A stretch of 64,000 nt of DNA from Nitrospirales bacterium (lineage in GTDB: Bacteria > Nitrospirota > Nitrospiria > Nitrospirales > UBA8639): contig CBDBCZ010000019.1 of assembly GCA_965203295.1 (NCBI GenBank), positions 1,440,001 through 1,504,000 on the forward strand, in the 5' to 3' direction. The position numbers and the translations under genes are program-made. A model generated the notes under the pieces. It did no database searches. It was not told the origin of the DNA and saw only the letters and a program-made list of their open reading frames with translations. How positions within the stretch are numbered: the stretch's first letter is position 1; each line of letters starts with the position of its first letter. Shown here in pieces: positions 32,817-43,289 of the stretch.

Positions 32817-34364
32817 GTGCCGGTGTGTGGCTCGCAGATTGGTGAATGTCCCTCCCTACGGTTTCTTTTTTTCTTTCCTTCCATAAAGATCTTTCGATTG
32901 TGTTTCCCTGAACGTCGAGTGGACCAACTGCGATATTGGTTGGTCTTGATGCTTGGGGCTTTTTCCGTTTTCATTGGTGGTTGTGGCGGACCCGCTCAAC
33001 ATTATCGAGATGTGGAGCAGAACCTTCGGGCCAGTCATCTCGATAGAGCAGATCAGATTATCGCAGACGCTGAAGAGGACTATGGCTCAAAGAGCCGATT
33101 ATTGTATTTGATGGACAGAGGGATGACTCTTCATGTGGCTCATCGATATCAGGAGAGTAATCAACTATTGGAAGAGGCCGATCAATTGGCTGAAGAACTC
33201 TATACCAGCCGCATTCGAAGTGAATTTTCCGCCTTACTGATCAACGAAACACAAAAACCTTTTAAGGGAGAGCCGTATGAACAGGTGATGATCAATGTCT
33301 TGAAGGCATTGAATTATGCTTCCATGGGTGAGATGCAAGAGTCTCTTGTGGAAGTCAGGCGGATTGACCATCGATTAAATGTTCTGATGGATTCGGTTGA
33401 GTCGGAAGACTACCATGAGGACCCTTTTGCCCGTTATCTCACAGGGATATTGTATGAAGGTGCTGGTGATCTCAATAATGCGTACGTGGCCTACAGAAAG
33501 TCGTATCAGGCCTATCGTGATTCCCAGAACTGGGTTGGTGTGAATGTGCCACCAAGTTTAAAGGCCGATCTTTTGCGAATCACCGATAGACTTCATCTCA
33601 CTGATGAACATACAGCTTACAGCCGGGCTTTCTTCGAGCAATCTTGGGACCAACCGAAGTTGAATGAGCGATTGGCCCATCTTGTCGTGTTTGGTTTACA
33701 TGGCAGCGCCCCTCGTTTGGAGGATATTTTTATCGATGTTCCAGTCAGCCGCGAGGCCTTAAATGTTGTTAGGCTAACACAATTTCTTCGTCGTCGTAGT
33801 ATCCGGGGGACAAGAGGGATTAATTCGTTATCGTATGGATTGATGGGACATAAGGTTCGGGTAGCTGTCCCCCGATTGGTTGCTGAAAAATCTCAAATGG
33901 CAGCCTTACGACTTCAACTCATCGGCACGAATGGGGCTCATCGTGGGAAAACGCTCTTGGTTCAAAACCTTTCAGCGACAGCTCAGAAAAACTTGGATGA
34001 CCAATATGCAAGTATCGTAACCACCGCAGTGGCGCGTGCTGTGACGAAAATGGCTGTTGCTGAGGGTATGGGATTCGGGGCCAGTGCATCTATACAAGGT
34101 AACGAAACCGGACACCTTGTGGGTGCAATCGTGGCCGCTATTGCGAGAGTATTTGCTGTTGAGACTGAGGAAGTTGATAAGCGAAGCTGGCGGACCTTGC
34201 CAGATGAGATTCATCTTGGGCGATTCAGCGTTTCTGCGAGCACCTATACAGTTCGCTTCGAACCTCTTGACCGGCACGGACGCAACTTGGGATCTGGATC
34301 TGAATATACAGTGACCTTGAATGAAGGTCAGTTTCATTTTGTGACTGAACGTATCTTGTTTTGA
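32817..34364 (+). CDS. COG3014-like TPR lipoprotein (start uncertain)
   Basis: Lipobox IGGC, LYLMDRG, GEPYEQVM, ALNY, D.RSWRTLP. Confidence 0.75.
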   Translation: MPVCGSQIGECPSLRFLFFFPSIKIFRLCFPERRVDQLRYWLVLMLGAFSVFIGGCGGPAQHYRDVEQNLRASHLDRADQIIADAEEDYGSKSRLLYLMDRGMTLHVAHRYQESNQLLEEADQLAEELYTSRIRSEFSALLINETQKPFKGEPYEQVMINVLKALNYASMGEMQESLVEVRRIDHRLNVLMDSVESEDYHEDPFARYLTGILYEGAGDLNNAYVAYRKSYQAYRDSQNWVGVNVPPSLKADLLRITDRLHLTDEHTAYSRAFFEQSWDQPKLNERLAHLVVFGLHGSAPRLEDIFIDVPVSREALNVVRLTQFLRRRSIRGTRGINSLSYGLMGHKVRVAVPRLVAEKSQMAALRLQLIGTNGAHRGKTLLVQNLSATAQKNLDDQYASIVTTAVARAVTKMAVAEGMGFGASASIQGNETGHLVGAIVAAIARVFAVETEEVDKRSWRTLPDEIHLGRFSVSASTYTVRFEPLDRHGRNLGSGSEYTVTLNEGQFHFVTERILF

Positions 34365-34374
34365 CCATATACTT

Positions 34375-35502
34375 ATGAACCACTCACAATACATTCGTCT
34401 TATGATTAGGCTGGCATTGATTGTTCTTCTGATGCCGGGATGTTCAATGTTTCAGGGGCCAGATCGTCCTACATGGATAAATGGAACGAGTTCGGATTAT
34501 CCAGTAGGGCAATATTTATTGGCAGTTGGAGAAGGGAGCTCTTCGTCGCTTGCTGAAGAGAGGGCTTATGCAGGTATTGCGAAGATCTTTAAGGCCGAAA
34601 TTAAAGCTGAGATGCGGGATTGGGAGATCTATTGGATCCACCAGCAAGGCGATCAAGAACGAACCGGCCGGGATTTATCCTTGGAGCACCTTACGAAAGT
34701 CAGTACTGACAGGACTTTAGAAAATGTTCGAATTTTAGATCGGTGGGCAGACTTCCAAAAGGGAATCTATTATGCTTTGGCTGGAATTGATCGGAAACGA
34801 GGCGAGCAAATCATCTTAGATCGGATCAGTCAATATGATGGACAGGTTCACCAAGATGTTCAACGAGCTCATGAGACCTCTGACGTCCTTGAGCGTGTCG
34901 CTTTACTGAGGCGAGGCATGAAAACTCTAATATTACGAGAGGCCGTGAATACCGATCTTCAGGTTATTCGCGAAAGCGGGAAAGGTGTGCCGGCATTGTA
35001 CCAAGTAAAATCCATCGGAGACGAGTTGATGAAAGTGATGGCAGAGTCCATCGTGATTCTCGTTGAGGTGCAGGGTCAACAATCCTCAGAAGTACGAGTC
35101 GCTATTGTGGAAGGGCTGAGAAGGCAAGGATTTCAAGTGATCGGTGATCCAAGGGGAGTCAGCAAGGCTGCAGCACTGACTTCAAGAGCTGATCAGGCGG
35201 CAGTGGAATTACATGTGAAAGGTCATGTGAGACTTTGGGAGGTCGACCTGCTAGATCCGCTCTTTTCTTATGTTCGTTGGTGTGGGGAATTTCGAGTTAT
35301 GGAGAAAAGTTCTTAACGAGTCATCGGAGTGGTAGCAGATTCTGGAAAAGAAGGACATGCGACGAAAAAAGCTGCTTGGGGAAGAGCGTCTCGATCCATG
35401 CAGAAAAGCGTAGCCTCGAAAATTCCAGCGACTTTGTCCACGTATATCTTTGGTGAGGGGGAAGGCCTCGGGCTTGAGTCGGCTGTCGCTTGTCGAGAAT
35501 GA
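34375..35502 (+). pseudogene. LPP20-like lipoprotein with in-frame TAA
   Basis: Lipobox MPGC, RPTWI, YLLAVG; TAA at 35314-35316, frame continues (SGKEGH) to 35502. Confidence 0.7.
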
Positions 35503-35523
35503 GGCAGTTGCACTGTCTCTCAC

Positions 35524-36009
35524 TTACCGAGGACATTCAAAATCTTCACCCAGTTCTGTCAAGGTTTGGATCCACTCAGTTGATTGAATACGATAAACCG
35601 CTTCTTGCTCGGAAGGAGGAGAAGATTGAGAAAGAAAGGCCTGGGCTTGGTGAGCGTGTTTTGTGCCGAGCGCAATGGAATGACAAATGCCGGATGAGGC
35701 GGGGATGTGGTTGCCACTTCGCTGAAAAAGCGCAACAGCTCGATAGGCCTGCTCTTGAGCTCGGAATAAGTGTGTCGCCCCCTTGTACCAATTTGTCGTT
35801 CGTGTTTTGGCCTGCTGAGTTGCAAGAATAGATGCGGTAAGAGCAGCTTTCCCGCTGTTATTTGCGGCTTCTTCTGCATCTCCGGCTGCGATAGACTCTT
35901 CGGCAAGGTGCTCGAGCCGTTGTAGTTTTTCCACGTTTTCTAAACCCTGACCGTATCCTACTCCTCCACTCATCACAATCAAGGTACAGGCCAAGAGATG
36001 ACGTTTCAT
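35524..36009 (-). CDS. Secreted helical hypothetical protein
   Basis: Signal-peptide-like N-terminus; Ala-rich helices; two Cys in the mature region. Confidence 0.6.
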   Translation of the reverse strand: MKRHLLACTLIVMSGGVGYGQGLENVEKLQRLEHLAEESIAAGDAEEAANNSGKAALTASILATQQAKTRTTNWYKGATHLFRAQEQAYRAVALFQRSGNHIPASSGICHSIALGTKHAHQAQAFLSQSSPPSEQEAVYRIQSTEWIQTLTELGEDFECPR

Positions 36010-36080
36010 CTTGCAGCTCATTCCTTTAATCACGAGGCCTCCGTCATTTACATGCCAGCATCAATTTCATAAAAATAGCG

Positions 36081-36175
36081 TAGGATACCCCTCAGCTTGC
36101 TGAGGGGAGGAATGCGCCAATTTGTTTAAAATAACACCTTTAAAGATGCCTCCAGCTTGCTGGGGGGAGATTCAC
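36081..36175 (+). mobile_element. Miniature non-autonomous IS200/IS605-type element (two end hairpins, no transposase)
   Basis: Hairpins CCCCTCAGC-TT-GCTGAGGGG (36088-36107) and CCTCCAGC-TT-GCTGGGGG (36149-36166) followed by TTCAC. Confidence 0.65.
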
Positions 36176-36320
36176 TTCTCTCTCTAGGAAGTGAACTCGA
36201 AAATGAGGAGGAGATGGGACAGATTCTTGGAGGCAGTATAGACCTGGATGGATGAAGACAGGGTAGAAACGTGGTCAACACCCTGCCCCCATACGCACTT
36301 GGAGAACTGATACACGTGGG

Positions 36321-37424
36321 TCACATGATTTGATAGTCGAGGTCAATCATCTTCGTCGCCACATTGGCTGCATCTCGAAGTTCTTTCATTTCGGGTGACG
36401 TATCACGAATGAGCCAAATTTTGACATTTAATTCTTCAATCGGCTCTACGTACATATCGTTCCGCAGTTTCCCGATTGCCCATACCACTTCTGTGAGGAT
36501 TGGAAAGTCGATGTCTTCAGAGGAGTTCATGTTTTTGAGTGCGGCGAGCAAATATTCTAACAGTGGCTCGTTTGTAGCAGGATCTCCAGTGTTGGCAGCA
36601 ACAATTCCCAATCCTTTGGCAGCGGCGGCTTTCACTTTTGAATTTGGGTGCTTCAGCAAGAGGTCAGCCAATATTGGAACGGATGGTCTTCCCAGTCCAC
36701 CTAACGCGAGAATAGCCGGTTCGGTATACTCTTCATCATTAATGAGTTCCTTCAAGTAGGGGAGGGCTTCCGGTGTTTGATGTTCGGATAAGATCGTAAG
36801 GATTCGTAGTTTTGTCGCCTTGGAGGTCTTCGGATCCTTTAACAAATGAAGAAAACGTGGAATTTGCTGCCATTCGGTAGTAATCAAGATGGGGAAATCA
36901 AATTCTTGCATTTTGATTTTTAATTGGCTGAGCGCATAAGCTCCCGAGTCTAGAACATTGGCTTTTTGTGCCCCGTCGATCGCATCGACGAAGTCTGTGC
37001 GTACTTCTTTATACCAACCCAAATCTCTCCCTTCGATACGATAACTAAATAAACATGCTGGCCCATTCCACAGTCGTGCTGGAGCATCAGCGAGTTCGGC
37101 GTCCCCGCCTCTGTTTGTCGTTCCGATCCAACGTTTTCGTTCTTCACATTTGACACGAAACCGGACATCGTGTGGTTGATTTCGGTCGGTGACTACGGTG
37201 TATTTCAATTCCTCAAGTCTTGACTTGACCACAGCGACCAATTCATCAGATGGCACGCGTCCATCTTCTGTCAGTGCGAGGACACTCACGTGAACCGTTT
37301 GAATTTTCTTCAATAAAGTTTTTTGTTCAGGAGTTATATGCGCGCGGCGTGCAACGCTATCTGTGGCGAAGGTCATCAAAAAAATAAGAACGAACAAGAA
37401 AATTCCTTTCTGATTTTTCATCAT
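36321..37424 (-). CDS. Secreted HEAT-repeat protein
   Basis: Signal peptide (SVA-RR), HEAT-like repeats (ALPYL, AILALG, AAAKGLG); GGAGG RBS. Confidence 0.75.
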   Translation of the reverse strand: MMKNQKGIFLFVLIFLMTFATDSVARRAHITPEQKTLLKKIQTVHVSVLALTEDGRVPSDELVAVVKSRLEELKYTVVTDRNQPHDVRFRVKCEERKRWIGTTNRGGDAELADAPARLWNGPACLFSYRIEGRDLGWYKEVRTDFVDAIDGAQKANVLDSGAYALSQLKIKMQEFDFPILITTEWQQIPRFLHLLKDPKTSKATKLRILTILSEHQTPEALPYLKELINDEEYTEPAILALGGLGRPSVPILADLLLKHPNSKVKAAAAKGLGIVAANTGDPATNEPLLEYLLAALKNMNSSEDIDFPILTEVVWAIGKLRNDMYVEPIEELNVKIWLIRDTSPEMKELRDAANVATKMIDLDYQIM

Positions 37425-37587
37425 CAGGCCTCCTGAGGGGTGTTCGATACGATTGCGCGTAATGGTCGTATTATTTAAGAAAGATTAAAACATGAAACGT
37501 GGTTCTTGTGAATGCCTAGCTGGTTGCTCAACGTCTCTTTTGGGGTCCTGCCGTCTCAAACTGATGACCCAACTATCTCGTGGATGA

Positions 37588-38698
37588 TTACGTTGCGAAT
37601 TGAGTGAGATCGAGCTGTTTATAGCTTCAATTCGCGGCCTCTCGAAGTTCCTTCATTTCAGGTGAATTGTCGTAAATCAACCATATTTTTTCATTGAGTT
37701 CGGCCATAGGTTCAATAGAACCATCGTCCAATAATTTTCCCAAAGCCCAAACAACCTGAGTCAGAACTGGAAAATTGATATCCTCCGAAGTCTTCAGATT
37801 CTTCAGTGTATTCTTGAGATAGGCTTGGAGGGGGGGGAAGGGCATTGGGATCCCCACTTCTCCCAGCCACGTCTCCTAAAGCTTTCGCAGCAGCAGCTCG
37901 AATTTCATCTTGTTGAGAAGTTTGGAATAAGTCAATAAGCACGGGAATAGAATCCGGGCCAACGCCGGCAAGGGCCACGATGGCTTCCTGGCTCAGATCC
38001 TTTTCTTTCATGATTTCTGTTAAATGGGGTAATGCCTCATCGGCTTGGAGTTCATGTAATACGGAGAGGATCTTGAGCTTTCGCAGCTTGGGAGTGTTAG
38101 GGGAATCCAACAGTTTCAGAAGTCGGTCAGCTTGTCCCCATTCAGTCGTGATCAAGACAGGGAAATCATACACGGTGACACGCTGAGCCAATTGCTCGAG
38201 AGCGTAGGACCCTGAATTTTCAGCCCCTGCGATCTTGGCGGCTCCAATCGCATCTTCAAAAGGTGTTCGGACTTCTTTGTACCAGCCGAGATTTTTCTCA
38301 TTCAGAAAATACGTAAAGAGACAAGCAGGTCCTTTCCAGAGCCGAACAGGGGCATCAGATAACTCAGCATCGCCTCCCAAAGGCGTTGTTCCTGTCCAGG
38401 TTTTGCGTTCCTCGCACTTGACTTTGAATTGGACATCGTGTGGTTCAGTTCGGTCAGTCACAATGGTGAAGCCAATGGCCTTCAACCGTTCTGTCACTAT
38501 TGTTTGAATGGGCGCGGCATCGGTCCGACCATCTTCAGTCAGAGCAATTGTCGTGACAAATACCACCTGGGCCTTTTCCAGTTGAGTTCTCTGTTCCGGA
38601 GTGACATGGGTGCGTCTGGTTTGCCTTTCTGAAGTCAGAAACAGCAGCGTTGTCAAAGTGAGGAAGAAAACCCAGGCCTTCATAAGCACATCCTTCAC
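37588..38698 (-). pseudogene. Tandem paralog of the HEAT-repeat protein; frameshift in a C8 tract plus TGA
   Basis: Shares VKCEERK.W.GT..GGDAEL.DAP.RLW.GPACLF with 36321; +1 in G-run 37830-37837; TGA at 37627-37629 before SYKQLDL. Confidence 0.8.
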
Positions 38699-38970
38699 TT
38701 TTTGGGATTATCTAGATTCGGTGAGGGAAACTTCTACTCTTCTTGCATCGAATTTAGAGAAGAATTTGATTGAAACAAGCTGTCCCTTCAAGCAAACGTA
38801 TCACTCGACTCTGTTTAATCACACATTTATTAAAAACAATATACTCTTCCACGTAAATTCACAGCAACCCTACACCTCCTTGGAATTTCCAAAACTCTAG
38901 GCTTTCAGGCCTCAAAAAGAATTTTTGTAATAAGTTGAACGCCTTATTTATGCACGATATACTTCCCGCT

Positions 38971-39846
38971 ATGTTGGAAAATAAAAAAATTGCACTGATT
39001 GGAGCTGGGAACATGGCCGAGGCCTTGGTGTCGGGAATGCTTAAGAACGGTGTTGTGACCTCTGCCCAAATTTATGCCACGGATAATAGCCCCGCCCGAC
39101 TCGAAATTTTCAAGAAACTATATCACGTGCATGTCAGCCCTGATAATCAAAAATCATGTGACTGGGGCGATGTCATTATTCTAGCCATAAAACCTCAAGT
39201 TTTTGATGATATTGCATCGCGGTTATCTTTAAAAAATAAGAGGAATTACCTCATAGTATCGGTCATGGCAGGTATGCCTATTTCTAGGATATTAAATTAC
39301 TTTCCCTCAAAAACGGCTGTCCTTCGCGCTATGCCCAATACTCCAGCCAACGTTCTTGAAGGGGCAACTGCTATTGCAGGCAGTCCCAATCTATCCGAGA
39401 AGGATTTTCAAATCGGGGAGAGTATTTTTCGCTCAGTCGGGAAGGTTGTCAGGGTTGATGAAACGCTCATGGACACGGTAACCGGGTTGAGCGGTGGTGG
39501 CCCTGCCTATATTTTTGTCATGATAGAAGCCCTGACCGACGGGGGTGTAAAAATGGGGCTCTCTAGGTCCGTGGCTCAACTTTTAGCTGCCCAAACCGTA
39601 TTAGGCGCAGCAAAAATGGTCCTCCAGAGTGAAGTGCACCCTGGCCTTTTAAAGGACCAGGTGGCCTCCCCTGGTGGAACGACCATTGCTGGACTTCACG
39701 AACTCGAAAAGGGAGGAGTTCGGTCTGCCTTGATGAATGCGGTTCAAGCGGCCAGTCACAGATCAAGGGAGTTAGAAGAGCAGGGCCCTGGCAATGGGAA
39801 GAAGAGCGCTCAAAGACAGGTAAAAAAAGGACAGCCTCGCGATTAA
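38971..39846 (+). CDS. proC: Pyrroline-5-carboxylate reductase
   Basis: IGAGNMA, RAMPNTP, GLSGGGPAY, VASPGGTT. Confidence 0.95.
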   Translation: MLENKKIALIGAGNMAEALVSGMLKNGVVTSAQIYATDNSPARLEIFKKLYHVHVSPDNQKSCDWGDVIILAIKPQVFDDIASRLSLKNKRNYLIVSVMAGMPISRILNYFPSKTAVLRAMPNTPANVLEGATAIAGSPNLSEKDFQIGESIFRSVGKVVRVDETLMDTVTGLSGGGPAYIFVMIEALTDGGVKMGLSRSVAQLLAAQTVLGAAKMVLQSEVHPGLLKDQVASPGGTTIAGLHELEKGGVRSALMNAVQAASHRSRELEEQGPGNGKKSAQRQVKKGQPRD

Positions 39847-39894
39847 ATTCGTTAGGACACCACTCAGGAAACCAACGGCTGAAAGGAGTAAATC

Positions 39895-40083
39895 GTGCAG
39901 TATTGGGTAAAAGTCACGTTTGTCGACAATCAGGAATTGATCATTAACGATGCCGTCAGGCACACGCTTAGTGATGATATGGAAATTCTGGAAATTGATA
40001 CTCATCAAGAGGTCACCATCATTCCATTTAAACAGATTAAGTTCTTTTCTTGTGATGCCAAGCCTTTTTCCGGCAAGAATTGA
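39895..40083 (+). CDS. Small hypothetical protein (beta-rich)
   Basis: AAGGAG RBS before GTG; protein-like composition. Confidence 0.6.
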   Translation: MQYWVKVTFVDNQELIINDAVRHTLSDDMEILEIDTHQEVTIIPFKQIKFFSCDAKPFSGKN

Positions 40084-40298
40084 TGACAAAACGGGATTTT
40101 TGCACAAAAAGGTCGATTTTTCTTATGAGTGGTTTTTCAGTGTTTTGGTGCTCCTCATACTTCCATTCGAATTGAAGGTAGAGTTAGCCGATTGAGTCAA
40201 AGATGGAAAAAATCAAAGATGAAAGTGTATAATTTTTTGAGCATTTCTGTGATGGTCGATGGGAAAAACCATTAAGTGAGTCTATGAAAGGATAGGCT

Positions 40299-40661
40299 AT
40301 GGAGCGTCGAGTGACTTCCCATACGGAAGAAGAGGAAATGAACCAAAGAAGAAGGCTGCTCGTATTGGCCCGAAAGGGAGATGAAAAGGCTATAACCCGT
40401 CTATTGGACCTCTATCAGGTCCGAGTGTATAGCGGTGAACATTTACGTAAGTCAAAAATCTGGAAAATATCTAAAAAAACCACGCAAGATACCAAGAAAA
40501 CTCCCCCAAAAACTCTCAAGAAGACCAAGGTTTCCAAAACGACCAGAACCCCCCCTTGGCGGAGCCCTCATGCAGCGAGTACCACCCATAAGAAAAAAAG
40601 TGCCAAAAGAAAAATTTTAGGGAAAGCCTCTAAATCCAAAAAATCTCAGAAGCGCCGATAG
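40299..40661 (+). CDS. Small protein with Lys-rich, histone-H1-like tail
   Basis: Helical N-terminus (LARKGDEKAI..L..LYQVRVY); K/T/S-rich C-terminus. Confidence 0.6.
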   Translation: MERRVTSHTEEEEMNQRRRLLVLARKGDEKAITRLLDLYQVRVYSGEHLRKSKIWKISKKTTQDTKKTPPKTLKKTKVSKTTRTPPWRSPHAASTTHKKKSAKRKILGKASKSKKSQKRR

Positions 40662-40748
40662 CGTATCCCTTGATATCGGTTCTCTATTCCACAGAAAAGC
40701 ATAGGAAATTGTTGATGAATGGAAGCTTTGTGGAGGATCAATAAAAAA

Positions 40749-41048
40749 TTATTGGACTTCGACCTTGAGTCCCCCGGCCGCTAGTTGACGGGCAATACTG
40801 TCAGCGATCTTTCGCTCCCCGATAAAAACTTCTGCACTTCCTTGATGGTCAATACGCCAGGCTAACTCAAAAGCCTTGGTAGGGTTCATGCCAAGAATAA
40901 TCCGGCAAAATAAGTCGATAACTTGTTGGTAGGTATGGCAGTCGCAATTGTAAACGATGACTTTCGCCTCCCAATCCCTTCCCGTGGTATAGGCAGTATC
41001 TTCTTCGGTTATTTCTTTGACTTCGACAATTTGAGCGGCTTTTCCCAT
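40749..41048 (-). CDS. clpS: ClpS-like Clp protease adaptor
   Basis: KVIVYNCDCHTYQQVI, A..LAW.ID..GSA.V, L...GL ClpS-fold pattern. Confidence 0.75.
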   Translation of the reverse strand: MGKAAQIVEVKEITEEDTAYTTGRDWEAKVIVYNCDCHTYQQVIDLFCRIILGMNPTKAFELAWRIDHQGSAEVFIGERKIADSIARQLAAGGLKVEVQ

Positions 41049-41600
41049 TGCAGTCCGTCTCTCTAAAATGGGCAAAAAGAGAAAATCGTGTTATGCTTTT
41101 TTCTTAGATGGCCTAGTGAATCTAGTATATTCAATCATTCTTGTCAAAAACAGGTTTATGAAGGACTGCATTTTGGACAGCATCTTGCCTTCACAAGAGC
41201 TTGAGATTCCGCCATACCGGTTCAAAAGCCATTCTGGAGCCCCATTTAGTGAAGGAAAACCCATTTCGTGACACCTGGGATTCGTTTTTTCCTAATTTGG
41301 ACAGCAGGAGCTTGTCCAGGAGGCTTCATTAGTTTAACGGAGAAGTGGTTTACTTAAATTTCAAATAGTTAGAACTGAAAAATTGGCCTTTTCAGTCTAA
41401 TTTGGACAGTAATGATATTCAATATGAAATTGCTGTTCCAATTGTTTCTTGTCAGACATCCCGTTCCTTGAATTCGTTGTTAAGGGTAATTGAGGGCTTG
41501 GAGTGTAAGATTATTTTATACCACTCAGGAAAGGCATAAAGGATTCCGTACTTGAGAGCTCCCGATTCATGTGTATGGATAAGGGAAGGGGGAAATAAAC

Positions 41601-42614
41601 TTGGGAAAAGTCATACTTCTGACAGGAGTGGCAGGATTCATTGGAAGCCACACAGCTGATGCATGTCTGGCTCGGGGCGATAAAGTTATAGGGTTAGATA
41701 ATTTAAATGATTACTACGATCCAGCCCGCAAACAAGTAAACATCTCGGAAGTAAAGGAAAAAGCCTTCAGAAACGGGTATCAAGATTTTTTCACTTTTAT
41801 CAAAGGCGACATTCGGGATGAAAAACTTGTCAGGGAACTTATTGAAGCGTATCAATTCGAGGTTGTGGTACACCTGGCGGCTATGGCTGGGGTGCGGGCG
41901 TCCATTGAGAATCCCCATGTATATTACGATGTCAATGTGATGGGGACGCTAAATTTGTTCGATGCAGTGGTCAATCGAAAGGGTGGTCAAGCAACTGCTT
42001 CTTCAATGCCTTCCTTTGTTTTTGCGTCAACCTCTTCGGTTTATGGAAAGACCAAGATCATTCCCTTTGTAGAAATTGATCCCTGTGATCGACCTTTGGC
42101 CCCCTATGCAGCCAGTAAGCGGGGAGCTGAATTGTTAGGATTTTCCTATCATCATCTTTATCGGCTTCCATTTACGGCTCTCAGGTTTTTCACAGTGTAC
42201 GGACCCCGTGGTCGTCCCGATATGATGGCCTATAAGGTGTTAAATAATATCTTTTTTGGTCGGGATGTTCCCCTCTATAACTCCGGGCACATGCATCGAG
42301 ATTGGACCTATGTTGGAGATATCGTTAAGGGGATTCTAGGTGCGGTAGATCGTCCTTTAGGCTGTGAAATTATTAACTTAGGCCGTGGTGAACCGGTGCT
42401 ACTAGACGAGTTTGTTTCACTTATTGAAGAGTTAGCTGGCAAGCGGGCAAACTTGATACCCACCCCAATGCTCGATGCTGATATGGCCTATACCTATGCC
42501 GACATCAGTAAAACTCGAGAGTTGTTGGGATACAATCCAACTGTATCAGTGAGAGAGGGAGTGACACGATTCTGGGAGTGGTACCAGGACGCTGTCTTGG
42601 GTAAGAACAAATAG
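41601..42614 (+). CDS. NAD-dependent epimerase (UDP-glucuronate 4-epimerase-like)
   Basis: TGVAGFIG, DNLNDYYD, HLAAMAGVR, YAASK, RFFTVYGPRGRPDM. Confidence 0.9.
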   Translation: MGKVILLTGVAGFIGSHTADACLARGDKVIGLDNLNDYYDPARKQVNISEVKEKAFRNGYQDFFTFIKGDIRDEKLVRELIEAYQFEVVVHLAAMAGVRASIENPHVYYDVNVMGTLNLFDAVVNRKGGQATASSMPSFVFASTSSVYGKTKIIPFVEIDPCDRPLAPYAASKRGAELLGFSYHHLYRLPFTALRFFTVYGPRGRPDMMAYKVLNNIFFGRDVPLYNSGHMHRDWTYVGDIVKGILGAVDRPLGCEIINLGRGEPVLLDEFVSLIEELAGKRANLIPTPMLDADMAYTYADISKTRELLGYNPTVSVREGVTRFWEWYQDAVLGKNK

Positions 42615-42942
42615 GAATTCCTCCTGTTTTTAGATGGATTTCTGAAGGGATCTTCACCCACTCACAATGCTACCGAAGATTTCATTCAATCTGGCTATTG
42701 TCATTGATCTCACGGTTACTTCATCAATGAATTCGTAAGTTCAATCTCAAACATACAGTTGTTCTTCCAGCATTGTGAAATTCCTGAGGAAACGAGAATA
42801 GGGTATTTCTTAGTCGTTTCCGTTTGACTGAGATGTGACGAATAAATTGACAAAGGGAGTCGAATCAAAGTCAAACAACAAGCGTAGATTCTTGCCTCGT
42901 GGGAGACACAATGGTACAGTTGGGCCCCGACTTTGCTGATTT

Positions 42943-43031
42943 GCCGGAGTGGCGGAAGTGGTAGACGCCAGGGATTTAAAATCCCTTGCTTCGAAAGGGG
43001 CGTGCCGGTTCGAGTCCGGCCTCCGGCACCA
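42943..43031 (+). tRNA. tRNA-Leu (anticodon UAA)
   Basis: Acceptor GCCGGAG/CTCCGGC, anticodon arm AGGGA-TTTAAAA-TCCCT, long variable arm, GGTTCGAGTCC, encoded CCA. Confidence 0.95.
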
Positions 43032-43289
43032 TATTTTCTAGTTGGTTGAGAGAGTTTTTAGACAGTATTTGGAATGAAAGTTTAGCCCAATATTATTGGG
43101 GATTGCGGCGTCTTTGTGGAGTTACATTTCTAAGCTAACAATTTCAACGTCTACTCTTTCCAGAGTGCCAAGTCAAATGTTAACTATTGCGCTTTGCGCC
43201 ACGGTCCATTTTCATTCTGCTCCGTGGGGATAGAATACGGATGCTGTTGGCTAGGGCTCGAAACTGTATCAGAATCTAAAGGGAAAGTC

